The notes under the pieces are model-generated. The model made no database searches. It had not been told where the DNA came from and saw only the letters and a list, made by a program, of their open reading frames with translations. Made by a program: the position numbers and the translations under genes. A stretch of DNA of 62,697 nt, the filler included, from Choristocarpus tenellus KU-1152 (Eukaryota > Protista > Phaeophyceae): NCBI GenBank assembly GCA_964200185.2. It is 13 parts of 13 records of this genome, joined end to end, with 100 filler letters (N's around TTAATTAATTAA, not from the genome) between each part and the next. Parts side by side here need not be neighbours in the genome. Positions count along the whole stretch, not along the records: positions 14,063 to 25,270 come from CAXNAD020002449.1; positions 25,371 to 30,612 come from CAXNAD020011380.1; positions 30,713 to 33,641 come from CAXNAD020023584.1; positions 33,742 to 37,116 come from CAXNAD020020455.1; positions 37,217 to 40,811 come from CAXNAD020019053.1; 8 more parts are not named here. One strand, written 5' to 3'. Each line of letters starts with the position of its first letter. Position 1 is the stretch's first letter. Shown here one piece after another: positions 23,651-38,058 of the stretch.

Positions 23651-25012
23651 AGTTTGTTGGGGATTGAATTTGACAGTTTAACAGATGGTAGAGAGAGGAC
23701 CGACCTTATTTGTCCGTTGAATATGACAGGGAATAAAAAGTTTGGACCATAAAATCTGAAAAGACTACAGCTAAGAAAAATAATTCAAGTCATTTTAACA
23801 TGATTTGAAGCATAATATTCTGGTTGGAACGATCTTGGTCGAACAAAATCAATTTTTTCCTTATCATGTTTTTAGTGGGTAAGAATGTCTATAATCTTCT
23901 CACTAACGTTCTCTCACCGATCATTTGTTAGAAATTAGAAAGAGTTCAAGGGGTTGTATGGTGTTTTCATATTCAAATTGCAATTTTACCAATAGGCGAG
24001 AAGCAAAAAAAATGAACAGCCAAAAAATTAAAATTAACAGAAAAAAACACTAAAAAATACAACAATATATCATTACTGAGTGGTAATATACAACACAAAA
24101 TTCATAGAAACCTTCTACATAAAAAACAGAGAGGACATTGTGCCGCGTCTTGTCTACCCTTGATACCACGTCTAGCGCGACTATTCCCACGAGAGAGTGA
24201 CTGAAAAGTTCTTGCCAGGCCACCCAGCTTGTGTTTGGGAGTGTTGTGAGGCGCTCGAGTGTTTCGTCCATCTCATTTCCTTCTTCATAGGGAGTAAAAC
24301 TCTGTGGTACCCGAGTCGAGGACGACCGAGACGAGGGGTCCAGGACAACAGATTGATATCAGCCTTTCTCGAGGTGAGCTGGTCGTACCCCAGATTGAGT
24401 GAGGACAAGATGAATTCATGTCGAGGAGTCGTCTCATATGGTTTCCGTTGACCCATGTACCAGAGACCACTTAGAATGACCTCTTTTGGGCTTCAACTCT
24501 CGAGACATTTGTTCTGGGTAGCCAGGGTGAAGTACGACCCAGTCTTTCCGAAGCGTATTCTGAAGTTTGAGAGATTCCATTGCATTTTGATACTGGTTAA
24601 ATGGATCAGACCCCTTCTATCAGTAGCTGGCGCATAGGTCGCCAAGTGTAGTTCCTTCGAAGGTATATTTGTCATGTTAATAATAGGACACAATCCCGAA
24701 GTTACAATCAAGACAGTCAACAAAACAGGAGACGGCAGTAGAACCTCTGGTTCACCTTGACATGATTGTGGTGGAATGTGGGTTGTAGTTCCTTTCTTGA
24801 TCCTTGCCTTTCTTCGCCTAACCTGTCAACCACACAATACTATAAACGGAGTTGTCCTTCAATTTCCCCGAATGATCAGCCAAGTATGTTAAGGATGAGA
24901 AGAGTATATTGGCCACCTTAAAGGTATGCTTCATATCTCCTCTCTTGGGTCGTTTAGTAGGTCCTATCCTCACCGTATTCGTGGACCCACAGGACCCTGA
25001 GGACGAGCCACC

Positions 25013-25130
25013 ATGGGGCGGAAGGGGATGCCTGAGACACCAGAGCAATGGGAGAAGTGGGAGAAGGACAGAGTTTACGCGGAGGAACGGGTGGAACACT
25101 TGGAGGAGGAGCTAGATAAGGCCCTTGAAG
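25013..25130 (+). CDS. Hypothetical exon (charged, helical)
   Basis: MGRKGMPETPEQWEKWEKDRVYAEERVEHLEEELDKALE with a possible GC donor AAG|GCAAGT; no family recognised. Confidence 0.3.
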
Positions 25131-25433
25131 GCAAGTCAATAATCCCGACTCATCCCCACTTCTCAAGTTCAAACATATGCCCTTTGTTGTTTGCTGTACG
25201 TTGCAAGTGCCAGATTTTACCCTGTTCAAGTACTCAGACGTGGTGCACCACTCTCATTCTCTGTTGTTCANNNNNNNNNNNNNNNNNNNNNNNNNNNNNN
25301 NNNNNNNNNNNNNNTTAATTAATTAANNNNNNNNNNNNNNNNNNNNNNNNNNNNNNNNNNNNNNNNNNNNCAAATATGCTACCATACACCATTGCAAACC
25401 CTCATCGGTACCTATACTATGCTCTACTCACAG

Positions 25434-25574
25434 GTGGGGGATGAGTATGCGAAGATTGTGGTGACAGAGCAAAATCGAATTATGTCTAGTGAACAACCCT
25501 CAGCCAAGGGGGCAGGAATTGGTGGGGGGAGGGGGGGAGAGTCGGCAGCAGCAGGAGGAAAACAAGTAGCATGA
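25434..25574 (+). CDS. Hypothetical terminal exon
   Basis: CAG|GTG acceptor, VGDEYAKIVVTEQNRIMS...KQVA*, followed by UTR-like sequence. Confidence 0.4.
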   Translation: MGDEYAKIVVTEQNRIMSSEQPSAKGAGIGGGRGGESAAAGGKQVA

Positions 25575-28500
25575 TCCTCTTCCCAAAAGGAGGGGGGAGG
25601 GGGGAGGGAGAAAGGGGGTTGATTGACAGAACAACGTATCTGTGGTTCATAATTGGATTGGTGGATAGATCGGACAGGTTGGCTGAGGAATGGATGCATC
25701 AGACAAAGATGTTAATTGTCCTTGTGTGAGGGAAAGTCAGCCGAGAGGTAACTTTTCCTAGTGGTGCATGTTTTTTTAATAATATTTTTTAGTGTGGAGG
25801 GATGGTGGCTTGGTGAGCAGTGGGGTGGGGAGAGGACGGAACAAGGCTGGGACTGTATTATTTTTCTTCAGCAGTGTCTGATTGAACGAACTCCCTTAGT
25901 GGCCTGCCAGGTGTCTTCGCCTTCATATGGTAGAGGAGAGTAAAAAAAAATACCAAATGATATTGAGTGTTCCTTCCAACTGAGGAAGTGGTGTCATGTG
26001 TTTCCATCTGTACCACTGTGACAGGGCTTAAATTTGATGGATATTGAAGGACACGGTGTTAGATTCAGTGCACACAAGGCCAGGTGCATAGCTTGCCTAC
26101 AAACATGCTTTTATATCCGACCTCCCAAGTAGAAATCTGCTCTGTGTGCTGTTTGACCACGCAGTGACGAGGGTGCTTAGAGTGATGCAGGAGAATAGGA
26201 GTCAGGGGGTTGGTTTGTTTCCTCTTTTTGTACTTGGGGGGGGGGGGGGGGGGGGGGAGGCCCCTTCTCCAACCGCAATAATTTACTACCGCCTGTGCCA
26301 AATCTTTGCTGGGCTTTTTCCTTGTGTTCCTTTGTATTCAGCTGTGTAATGGTGGAACATCGATATGTTGTAGCTCTTTGTCTTAGCTTCCTGTTGTGGT
26401 GACAGATAGGACATTGAGCTGTATCACGCCTCCTTTTTCTGTTTGTTTTTTTAACTTGTGTGCCATAGAAGTTGATTGAAGTGACACGAACGTTGAGGTC
26501 TTCCAGGGAGGGGGTAGCTTAGCTCCCAGGATGAATACCTTCTTTTGGGGGCTCCATTTTGTCTTTTTACAGGCCACCACTGTGTTGGGTGGAGCTCTTC
26601 CGGTGCCCTGTGCAGTTTGCTTTGTAGTAGTAGGTATCCACCCTAGATGCCCACATTAGTGGTGGCAAGAAGAGACTTGTGCGCCTAGTTGAGTCGATGG
26701 TAGTGAATGAGAAGATGAAGGAAATATCTGAGGGAAATGAGGGGAAGTTGGGTAAGGAGGGCGGGGGGGTCATGAGAGAGCTGCCTCACCTAGAAAGCCA
26801 CCGTATGTATGTCTGTCTATCTGTCTCTGCACTTTGTTTAAGGACACGTCAAGATTTTTAGTACACAAAATTCGCGTCCATTGTTGTCATTGTCTTCTAC
26901 AAACTGTTTTAAGCACTATGCATTGTTCTGATAGAAGGAGAGGAAAACCTTTGCTTGGCAAAGGGGATATTAGTTGTGTGGATGGGATATCTCATTGGGC
27001 TGTGAGACTCGTTAGTGAAGAAAATGGACAAATACTGGATTATTCAAGAGAAGATCAAATTGATTGGCCTATGCACATGTTCATGAATGTTGGGTGCTGG
27101 CCCCGCCCCCATTTCGCCTCTCAATTGTACACACTTGATGTACGTATGTATGTATGTTCATACATGTGTTTGTGTGCATTTTCTTGTTTATCCTTTGGGT
27201 TTCCAAAAAAGATGCATCTAGTGCATTCATTAGAAGGTAGTGTTTTTGTGTTTTTTGTGCCATTATTAGTAGTCTTTCCTCTCTCTCTCTTAATAGGATA
27301 AAATAATGCTTGTTTTTTGTTCGATTCAACTTTGATGTGTGGGTGAGGGTGTGTTTGAGAACCTAGAGTCGATGCATGCAACGCTGATTTTCCGAGCTCA
27401 ATTTGATTGTTGCATGGAAGTAGTGCATTTGGAGTGACCAGGGAATGGCTGGATTTTGAGCTTGCCTATCTCTTGATTGATTTTGATCTGTTGTGGTGGT
27501 TGTTGGGCTGCCTGCCTCCTTAGCAACAAGCATGTGTACCTATGTGGAATGTCATTATCCATGTATGATTTGGTATGGGAGGACATGTCATTGGTATTCC
27601 ACCTCCTGCCTTTCTAACTTCAATTTCGACATACTGCAACAATATTGTACACAACAGCAACAGCAGTACAACTTAATGTACCAGTACTCACACACACTAT
27701 ACACTGTGTTCGAACACTCTAGAAACATCCCATCAAGCTTGAACCTCTCACTTAGCATTTTTCAATGATGGCATCTACTTGGAAGTGCAAGACCAAGATG
27801 CATACTTGTGTATCTCCTCTTGGTAAGGAAAATGTTCCACCTTTGTTTCGAATATTCCTTGAAATACCAGCGATTATTTGTATGTATGATGAAATATGGT
27901 ACAGTGTTCAAAATAAAGTGCCTTGGTACCACCTTTCGAATTTGCTGGCGGGAACCAAGTGCAACAGACAAACCTCACAATCAACTCTCCAAAAAAACTC
28001 CTGCTATATTAGCAAAAACGTTTTAATTGCTGACACATCATCTTTTAGTTATATAAGAGAAGAGAGATATGATATGAACTCATCTACAAAAATGAAGCAG
28101 ACCAAGAAAGTACGATGATGTGCACCTCAAATCAACCGAAGAATGAGAAGAGTTTCTTGTTTTTGTTTTGTTGTAATGTTACTCCTTAGAATTATATCAT
28201 AATAGTATATATAAATTGCCGCTGTCACCCCCTATCGTCAAAAGACATTTGGCCTCGCTTCACCGACAGTTCTCACTTCATCTCAATCGCTGTGTGTATG
28301 CGCAGGAGGAACAGATGATGCGACATTGGCACATGCAATGGTACGATCTAAGAATACGAAAAGCGGTACATTCATAATACCTAATGTATATATATACCAT
28401 TGGGCTCTAGAGTTCTGAACCTACAGTTCTTGACAGTGTGTACTACCAACACACACCCTGAAAAGTAACCAACAAAAAAAAAAGACCCAGAAACACTAAC

Positions 28501-29529
28501 GCTACAAAAACAGAATAACCTGCCATGCACACACAGGCAAGACATGAGTAAAAAAACGACGAAACGTACAGGGGCCGAAAGAGGTACACCTCTCTCCAGT
28601 AAGCAACAGACAAAAGATTCCATTTTCCAGTAAGCACAAAGGGAACCTTAATATGTCACTACAGGTAAACAAGTGGGAGACTTCCAAAGTACGCTGTTGA
28701 CCTCAACACAACCCCCTCAACTTCAAATCACAAAAAGGTTAAGATTAACAAGTATCAAATCAACAGAGCTGTAAGCATCAAATATTCAATTCATCAAATG
28801 ATACAATCTGTCAATACAAATACTAGAGATACAACCGTGTCGCACCACTTCATTGGCGCTATACATTGCAGCCCTACACAGCTAGACCAAAGTCACCACA
28901 ACAGTATACACGATACTTTTTCACACATTTTTTGTTTTGTTTTCAAACACTCATGTTTTTATCACCTCCAAACTACAAAAGCCACACACAGGATATGGTG
29001 TAAAACAACAAGGTGACATCAACTGATCGTAAAATCAACTACGCAGACAAAAAAAAACTAGTTACTCTGCAATGCATTCTGTCCTTCTCCCCAACCTCCC
29101 CCCCCTCCAACCTCTGACTCACCACACCAGGGGGTCCCTGCTCCGTTGGCAATGCAACACAAAAGTAAAAAGTCTCCCGTAAAAGCACTTCTTATGACAA
29201 CTAAACAGTTACAATCAAACACAAATGGGTGACCAGCGAACCATCCATCGCAGTCTAGGCCAAAAAAAATCCCCAAAAGGGACTCAAATTGACTCAACCT
29301 AAATAACCTACCAAAGTCTCAAATTATATTCCCTTGCAGAGACTTTCCTATCAGGTCGGTCAAAATCACCAACCCAGCCTAATCTATCACCCCAAGTTTA
29401 CAGTCATTAGCCACTTAACGTTAGAGTAAATAACACTACACATCACAAAACATCACTGCAATACACAGCTATAAATAAAACTAACAGTTCACACTGTCAT
29501 CTGCAGTCTAGTTCAGTCTTCACAACTCA

Positions 29530-29924
29530 TCATGATGATGAGACAGATGACTTTATCAAACTGATGACACCCTTGATCTTGTCTACCAAGGAGACCCCGT
29601 AGACTGTACTTGTTAAGCTCTCAGCAAACAGTGTACTTGATTCAGCAACAGGGTACTGACAGGGAAAAAAAGGGAGGGGGGATGGGGGCAACATTTAGTG
29701 TTAATTTTTCATAATGTCATAAAATCGACCAGTCAGAGGATAATAGCTTCCCCCTCCCCTCATCTCCGGACTTTTTTCTTACTCACCAGTAGAGGAGCTG
29801 GTACAACTGTGCTGAAGGGGAACCTGTCCACAGTCACAGACTTCAACAGGCAGCATGATCGAAGCCCCTCCGGCCCTGCAAAGCGTCCTGAACCAGAATC
29901 TTTCACGCCTCCAAAGGGAAGATT
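29530..29924 (-). CDS. ALDH22A1: Aldehyde dehydrogenase family 22-like, last two exons (29924-29787, 29655-29530)
   Basis: [34 protein letters not shown]...|[28 protein letters not shown]; ALDH PFGGxKxSG motif with the ALDH22-type tail; both exons are multiples of 3 with GT-AG sites. Confidence 0.85.
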
Positions 29925-30712
29925 CTGCCAAACAAAATGAAGGGGGAGTCCAAAGGCATGTCACAGAGATTGATAAGAAATTCAAGGGCCAAACAACCGC
30001 CTTTCTAAGTGATACAAAGGAATGACCTCCAATTGTTGGAACTTCAATGAGGGAGACATATGTGGGTAACATGAAGACAGAAGCTCTAGCACTAAAGCCT
30101 GTGGTGTTCAGGACCAAAGCCCCCGATCAGCTTGCCTCTGTCAACTCACAATAAAACAAAATGTGTACCAAAGTATCAAATAAAAATATCACTATAACAA
30201 CAGTATATTCTTTACTTACAGTATCATACACCTCAGTGATACAAAATATCTGAGGAATCAGAAAATTGCATAAATTTCGAGTTGCCTAAATGTATTACAA
30301 GGCAGTCAAACGGGCAAAATCAAAAGCAGACTCTGCAATCACTACACCACTCGCAAATATTAATAAATAGTAAAATAGCATTGAAAGAGTTCATCACACG
30401 GCACCTGCACCAAGTAGTTGACACCAAAGTCATTGACGTTAGTCATCCCACAACGAATAGCCTCCCCAATTCGCACAGCCCTACTCTTGTTTGCAGAAAA
30501 GATAGAACTGCCAAGACCATATCTGAGACAACCATAAAGATAGGAAGCAGCAGCAGGGGCAAGAGGGGAGGGAGGGGAGGGGGGGGGGGCAGCACGGTAC
30601 AGTTTTTTTTAGNNNNNNNNNNNNNNNNNNNNNNNNNNNNNNNNNNNNNNNNNNNNTTAATTAATTAANNNNNNNNNNNNNNNNNNNNNNNNNNNNNNNN
30701 NNNNNNNNNNNN

Positions 30713-31150
30713 CCCCTATTTTATAAAACATCCATGCTTCTGAGATGATGATGCACATGCTGTGGATGCCGCCCCAGTCATAACGCCCTCCAATGGGCAT
30801 TGGTGACAAACACACTTAAATATCGTGCTGATCAGATGATTAAGAGTGGTAGAATGGATTTGTACTATATGTAGTGAAGGTCAACATCTCCTTCCCTCCC
30901 CTATTTTATAAAACATCCATGCTTCTGAGATGATGATGCACATGCTGTGGATGCCGCCCCAGTCATAACGCCCTCCAATGGGCATTGGTGACAAACACAC
31001 TTAAGTATCGTGCTGATCAGATGATTAAGAGTGTTAGGATGCCTTTGTATTATATTTAGTGAAGGTCAATCTCTCCTTCCCTCCCCTATTTTTATAAAAC
31101 ATCCATGCTTCCGAGATGATGATGCACATGCTGTGGTTGCCACCCTAGTC
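30713..31150. repeat. Tandem repeat, about 185-bp unit, about 2.4 copies
   Basis: CCCCTATTTTATAAAACATCCATGCTTC.GAGATGATGATGCACATGCTGTGG at about 30713, 30898 and 31083. Confidence 0.9.
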
Positions 31151-31282
31151 ATTGTTGCTGACAAGCTCAAAATATCTAGCGCAGTTTTATGGTGTAATGC
31201 TATAGATCAAATCTGATTGGTAAATGTTCTTCCCTTGCCCTCTTCTCCCATCAATGCTCCCTACCTATCCTATTCAATGTAG

Positions 31283-31458
31283 ACCATGTTGAGTCCATCA
31301 AAGACCTTAAGACCTGTACACCTGCCAAGGAAGGGACCCCAACAAAGAGTTTGCTCAAGGTCCATGGGGGGGATAGTATCAAGGAGGGAAGGGCCAAGGA
31401 CTCAGCAACACGTCGCTTGAAGCGCTCAAAGCGCCCAAAGGCTGCAGACTTTTTCTGA
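31283..31458 (+). CDS. Hypothetical terminal exon (basic C-terminus ...KRPKAADFF*)
   Basis: Polypyrimidine tract and TAG acceptor, then an open Lys/Arg-rich frame. Confidence 0.35.
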
Positions 31459-33960
31459 GTTCTTTTTCTGGCTATAGAGCAGCTGTGACACGCAGAGGGC
31501 AGCAAGGCAAGAGGATGAGATCAAGGAGGTCTCTTTTGAGCAGAGCTGTTGAGGTTGACAAACGAGTTACTTTGAGGGGGGGGGGGGGTATCTTAGTCAA
31601 ATGACTAGAAGAACGTTTATGGNNNNNNNNNNGGAAGAAAGAAAAGAGGATAAAAAAAAGGAGGTATCATTGGAGAAGAGTGATTGAGGGAAAAAAAAGA
31701 TTTAATAGGGGGGGGGGGGGGGGTTATCTTAGTCAAATGACTAGAAGAACGTTTATGGTCCAATGGCGAAGGTGAGGAGAAGGATATCTTGTGTGCTGCT
31801 GGAGGAGGGTTTCATCATTGTGTGTTGTGGTTGTATTGTTTTTGGTGTGGTTTGTGTGTGTATTTGTATGGGGCTGAGGGCAATGTAGGCAATGTTGTGG
31901 AGTTCTGTGTACCTATGTTATGTGTTTGCAGGGTCATGATGTACTTCCCTAGGAATTATGTGCATCCTATTGGTTCCTTTGTTTGATACTCTTTGTGTAA
32001 CACATTTGAATGGAGTTTGTGTTGAGCATTTGGTTATTTGATCAAGGGGGCGTAAGAGATCCAAAGTGTTCTTGTTCCTTTCACACCTGGTGCCGGTTTG
32101 CTGTGAGTGGAAGGGTAGGGTTCCTAGGCAAGCTAGCCCCACCTAGCTGCAATGCAGTCCTTCATCACAGGTATTGTTTTGATGCACTATCCCTGAGATG
32201 TTTGTGGAGGGTTAATGAAGGTGACATTTTGGAATTTACAACCATAAGTATCCATGCTGTATGTTCAAGTGCACCACGAGTGAAGAGTGAATCTAATGGA
32301 CAATATTTTACTGGATTTTAGAGTGTTGGCATGCTCCTCTTGAAATGCTGCTAGTGTGGTGAAAGTGGATTCTCTACTGTATTGGGGGAGGGTGCATAGA
32401 CTGGCAACCAGTAATAGGATGCTTTCTAAGACTAATGTTGCTCAATCCCATTAAGGCTTGGAACTCACTGATATTAAAGGGTAGGTGGTATGGTGGTCAT
32501 GATAATGAGGTTACTTGGTTTGAACATTCCCAAGCACTGCCTTCTAGTTCAAAGCATTCTATAGCAGACAAGTTATTTAATGTTGCTAAGGACAGACAGA
32601 TGGGTTAAATATGTAGGTGCAGGAAGGCTTGGAGTGGGTCAGAAGCAGGAAATGCTTGCAATACAAGTCCCACAGTATTTGCTGCAGTAGTATTAGTAAG
32701 ATCCTTGGGCATCGATTGGCAGTGTGCTCGAGGTAGGCTCTGGGTGATTAGTTGACAGTCACTGTAGCTATAGGGGAATAAATCGTGCAAAATGGTTAAG
32801 GGAAATGAAGTCCAGAACAAACTACTCACAATGCCTCATTTAGTAGTGCTTGTTGGGCATGGTGGGTGCATCCTTTCCCTTTGTGTTTCTCAGCACATTA
32901 TCCCACATTTATTTCTACACTTCTCTCTAGATCGAGGGTTTATATATTTAATAATGGAAGTAAGTGCTACAGCCACAAATGCTATTAATTCTATCATAAA
33001 TCTCTTGGGTTCTACTTCCTTACCCCATCCCCTGTGCCTGGCTGGATGTAAATCCCCCCGACAAAAAAGTTGGAATTCCTTTGAGCATTTCCGTTTCCTG
33101 AGCTATTGCCAACAAGTCAGTCATTTCTCACAAATATAATTAGTATAATTGTATTTATATCTGAATGGAGTACACTGTGTCTCATGCAATTTCGTATAAT
33201 AACAATCAATCATAACTTCAGTACACTTCTATTACTACTATAGTGCTGAGTATGTGTATGTTCATATGTTGCTTTCTTTCTACCGACGACTGAGATATAG
33301 TCAATGTTGATGTATAGCATACCGAGGAAGACCGGAACATGCCTTTTTTAAATTTTCTTCAGAGCCTTTCCTGAATGATGGTATCACTTTTGTGTAGAAG
33401 GGGGAACATCAATTTGCAGGCACTGTCGTGCATAATGCACTAAAATACCGTAATGTAGAGGGTCAGAAAAATGGGTAATAACGAGAGCACCAATATCTGC
33501 TTACCTCTCTCGTTTACTTGTATATCTTCATTCAACAGCGTATTCCCAAAATTGAGGATGGAGGATGGGTTTGACCCAAAATTGAACGGGAAAAAGTGTC
33601 GATATGTTTTTTTTTGTAAATATTACGGCACTTTTTAAGGGNNNNNNNNNNNNNNNNNNNNNNNNNNNNNNNNNNNNNNNNNNNNTTAATTAATTAANNN
33701 NNNNNNNNNNNNNNNNNNNNNNNNNNNNNNNNNNNNNNNNNGGTCGTTGGATTTGAGTTGTACATCCTGGAAGGTGAGCATTGAGGGGCGCCTGTAACAT
33801 ATCCAGAGCGACAGAGTTGAAATACGAGCTCCTCGGCAAACTTTACCGGCTTCCTTTCACAACTACCTGTATATGTGCCGTCATTATTGTATGCCCTACC
33901 GTTCTTGTCGTAGATCAATAAGAAGATCATTGGTACAGTGTGTAGCTTGCTTGTAGTTAT

Positions 33961-34220
33961 GAGTCAAAGTATCTTAGAGGGTAGACCCGCGTCCATTTGG
34001 CGTCCAAAATCCTGTGTTGCGATTTTGATGTAATTTTGACTATCATGTTTGTTAGGAAGTGTCAATATCCTTGTTCCGGACACACCTTTTCATAACGTAT
34101 ACATTTTTCCTACTCCATAACATTTTGGAGTAGGAAAATGTCATAAAAAGAGACCATGGGAAGACAAGCCTCAAATGGACAAACATGGGAAAATTCGTAC
34201 CCTCTACGATACATTCACAC
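33961..34220. mobile_element. MITE family A, TSD TTAT (4 bp)
   Basis: GAGTCAAAGTATCTTAGAGGGTA / TACCCTCTACGATACATTCACAC. Confidence 0.9.
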
Positions 34221-34846
34221 TTATGCCAGTGATACATTTGTGTTACTTTGAGGTACTTTAAAGTTTGTATGTATCCTCCGCCTCCCTTCTTTTTGTGGCA
34301 GACACAGAATAAGCATTTTCCGGACAGAAGGGAGATAGCATCGTTCACAACAAGAAGACCATACCGGACTTCACGTGAATTTTCAGTCCAAGTATACAAG
34401 TAACACGAAGTAAAAAATCCCCTGGAAAGTACCATTATTTGTGCGTTGAGAACTGCAGCATGAATACTCAATTTTTTAACGCCAACTGTGCATACATACA
34501 CATACATATACTCCGAGTATATTATCGTATTTTGGGCATCCTTTGCCTGTTCAAATCCCACAAGGACTCCCGCAACAGCAAAATGATGAAACTGTGAAGG
34601 AACCGAAACTATTTCATCTCCACGCTGCACACTCTACATATATATAATCAATTATTACAGTGCTTTGGGCTGGTGTGCATAAGAAGTAAATTCCCTATTC
34701 CTTGCTTTGTCTCAAATGTTTTGACTTTTGAAGTTTTCCTAGACAACGGCTACCCCTCGAAAAGAAATATTATTGTATTGCAAACGATGTGTAGATTGAA
34801 CACTTGGGAGTAGCAAGAAAAAATCCGCACCACTTTCTATGTGTCT

Positions 34847-35104
34847 GAGTGAAAGTATCTTAGAGGGTACGAGTTTTGCCATGTTTGTCCATTTGAGGCT
34901 TGGCTTCCCATGGGGTTTTTTACTACATTTTTCTACTCCAAAATGTTTCAAAATAGGTAAGATGTATGCCTTATGAAAAGGTGTGTACGGAACAAGAATA
35001 TTGACACTTCCTAACAAACACGATAGCAAAAGCTAAATCAAAACGCAACATTGGGTTGTGGCCCCAAAATGGACGCGACTCTACCCTCTAAGATACTTTG
35101 ACTC
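34847..35104. mobile_element. MITE family A, TSD TCT (3 bp)
   Basis: GAGTGAAAGTATCTTAGAGGGTA / TACCCTCTAAGATACTTTGACTC. Confidence 0.92.
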
Positions 35105-36441
35105 TCTTAATCTTCCAAAAGTACCTCCAATCGTCCTGCTGCTCAATCACCCTTGAAGGTTTGATGAGGTAAGGGATCGGATAGTGCTGTAATTAGTAGG
35201 ACCTCAAGGGAGAGTATGCACTTATGAGCAGGATATTGCAAGATCGCCCTAGTATTGACACATTTGTCAGGGCACTGACATCAACACGGAAATCCTGTCT
35301 TATACAGTTGTTATGCGTAAGGTGAGAGGTTAGAAAACCTAGCATTAATGGTGTTATCCGTTGGTCCTGTTGAAGATATCGTTTGGAGGGGTAGCGATCG
35401 TTTGGCTGATGCTTTCCTGACTATGCCTCTTGGAAAAGCAAATACCATATAGTGTGTATTATATACTCGAGGAGTATTTGTACCTGCCAAGATGTCTCTC
35501 GATCTCTTGCATGAGAGAGATCGGAAGGCAAAGAGCTTTGTGTTACACCTATAGATGTATTTGGGGCTTGGACTAGACAGATTCATTAAAAAAATGTACA
35601 ATTTCAATCAAATGTGGACCTGATGGTGAATGTAGCACAATGAGAAATAGGTCCTTGACTGCCTTATTTCACGTTTTTGTAGTCATTTCATTACTGTGAG
35701 AATCACCACCACCTGCGAATCTTGCAACGAGGCCTTCAAAAGAGGGAAGCACATCACTGACAGCAATGTTACCAATCATCCTACTCATCATACATATCAC
35801 AAGAATAGCAGAAGTTGTCTGTCTCGGTAGCACAGATTAAACTCATTCGGGTAGCATTCCTTTCTTCCCTGAACGCCTTATAGGTCGTCAAAATCCTATC
35901 AAAAGTTCCCTCTGCTTTCTTCCCTTCCTTCTTCTCCATCTTCTTTCTCTTTTTCCTGTCCTGGGAGTGTATAGTAGTAGCAAGAGCAGAAGTAGTGGAA
36001 AGAGAGCCGGCACGTAACGCATATATGAGAGTTCGACAAGTTAGTCATGGCATTTGCTGGAACCTTCCTCCCATCATATAGAATGGAGGTGGAATGTAGG
36101 GAGGGGCAAGGTGACTCAAACAAAGTGGTTCGATGGGAAATCGGTACTTGCTCTCCGCAGAACAACTAGTAGGTTGGATTACCTACTCTACTGCAGATAC
36201 CTTACTCTTGCATGAAACAGATGCAATGACTGGCTTCAGCTCTATATACCCCACCTATTCTTACCACAGCCCTGAGATGAGAACGAATGGAAGGAATACA
36301 CAGCACGCAATTGACTTGTTCGGTATTCCCACTTTGTGACTCGTCAAGCTCGTGCTTGACCTCAGAGACCAGAAAGATAAGTGCCACGATTCTCAGCCCA
36401 TGAACTTTCCTTTCTGAGGACTCGAGGTACCATCTTCTCAC

Positions 36442-36750
36442 CTTTCTACGAGCAGTCGGCAAGATACGGGAGTAGGTTCCACCAGGCAAGGTGACAGTGA
36501 TGGTGCGGTCATCTTTTGAAGATCTCCGGAACAGCCCATCCTCACCAGTAAGAATCATTGCTGTAGAGAAAAGAGCAAATACGACCCACACTGACAGTAC
36601 AAGTCTCACAGGCCACTTCTTTACGGGCAAGCCTGATGCTTGCATAGGCGATCCTGTCGCATCCTCGGAAACAGCGTCCATCGTGGGGGCAACAATAGGG
36701 ACCTCTGGGTCTTTGTCGACAGTGATACCGGCCTCCCCAGCACAAGCAGT
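36442..36750 (-). CDS. Hypothetical membrane-protein exon (309 nt)
   Basis: CAG|ACT...AAG|GTGAGA; 103 open codons containing the hydrophobic stretch LVLSVWVVFALFSTAMIL. Confidence 0.5.
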
Positions 36751-38058
36751 CTGGAGATATTATGAGCAAGCATATAAGGGAGGATGGTTATTGATTGTAG
36801 TGAACAATTCTCCAACAATAGGTAGACCACGGTTATCATTTGACTGCTACAGCACAACAACTTGTGAATTGTTGTGTAGACATATTGACTCGACAAGATA
36901 CACTTGAGCACCTACGGTATGCGCGAAACTGCAGTTTGAAGGTCTCTGTGATGACGCGGTTGTCGCAGAAACTGTGTTCTGCTTGTTTGGACTGTAGGCA
37001 TGTGTATGTATCACTGACTGGCGGTTTCATATGTACAGTTTCGTATGGGTATGATCAAGAATGATAATATATGATATATTATTATTATGCCCTCTGACAT
37101 TTTGCAGATGTGTCAGNNNNNNNNNNNNNNNNNNNNNNNNNNNNNNNNNNNNNNNNNNNNTTAATTAATTAANNNNNNNNNNNNNNNNNNNNNNNNNNNN
37201 NNNNNNNNNNNNNNNNGAGGTACCTGCCACCCTCCTATTGTATTCCCATGTGTGAACCCTAACATTTCATTGAGACACGCCTCTGCCGCCGAGAGTGTAG
37301 TTGCTCCGCCTTGCCAGTGTTGAGTGTCCCCCATCCATTTATCCATCTGTTCATCTCACATATTAAAAAAAATTATATAATAAAAAATTTATATATTTTG
37401 AAGGCTGATGATTGCCACCGAGTTAGTTCAAGGGCTCCCCATGTGCATGCATAGCATACCCATCCTCAAATATGCACGAAGTCTTTTTTTTTTTAAATCT
37501 ATACACCAGAAGTGTTGTTTGTCATTGCTGACTCTCCCATGGAATACCTCACCTGCTCATCCACCCTCCCATCCATCCATCCATCCATCCATTCACCCAA
37601 GCTATGAATACCCCCCTACAGTTGTCTGCTGTGCAGTAGGCTATGTCATGGGGTAAATTGTTCCTAGTAAGATATTAAAAGATGAAGGATTTTCGCATGT
37701 TTTTGGGGGTTCACAATTTTGTATGTACAACTAGTAATGCTTACCTTTGTATTTCTCAGTGTGTGTGGGCGGGGATCCTTGGTTCAGGTTCTATTTTTCC
37801 ATCTATATTTCAATGCTTGTATTCAATTATACTCGATGAGGCGGTTCGTAAGACATGTCCACATTTTGACTCCAATAGCGAGACATTGTTTGTCCTTGTT
37901 ATTGGGGAAATGCCATCAAAATATGGTGATGGTGATGGTGATTGTGATGGTGATTGTGAGATCTTTTCAATTCCATAGTGAAAAGGTCCCTTTTTGCTGC
38001 TGGATGGTGATTGTCTTTCCAAAACCGTTCGTTATGCTTGACTCGTGTGTGTACGTAG

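Noticed and set aside
29779-30117. 112-aa ORF as a gene
   Set aside because: Wrong frame; the real ALDH exon is 29924-29787 in another frame
31570-31760. Direct duplication flanking a 10-N gap (likewise 39560-39720)
   Set aside because: Typical scaffold overlap artefact at poly-G/C tracts
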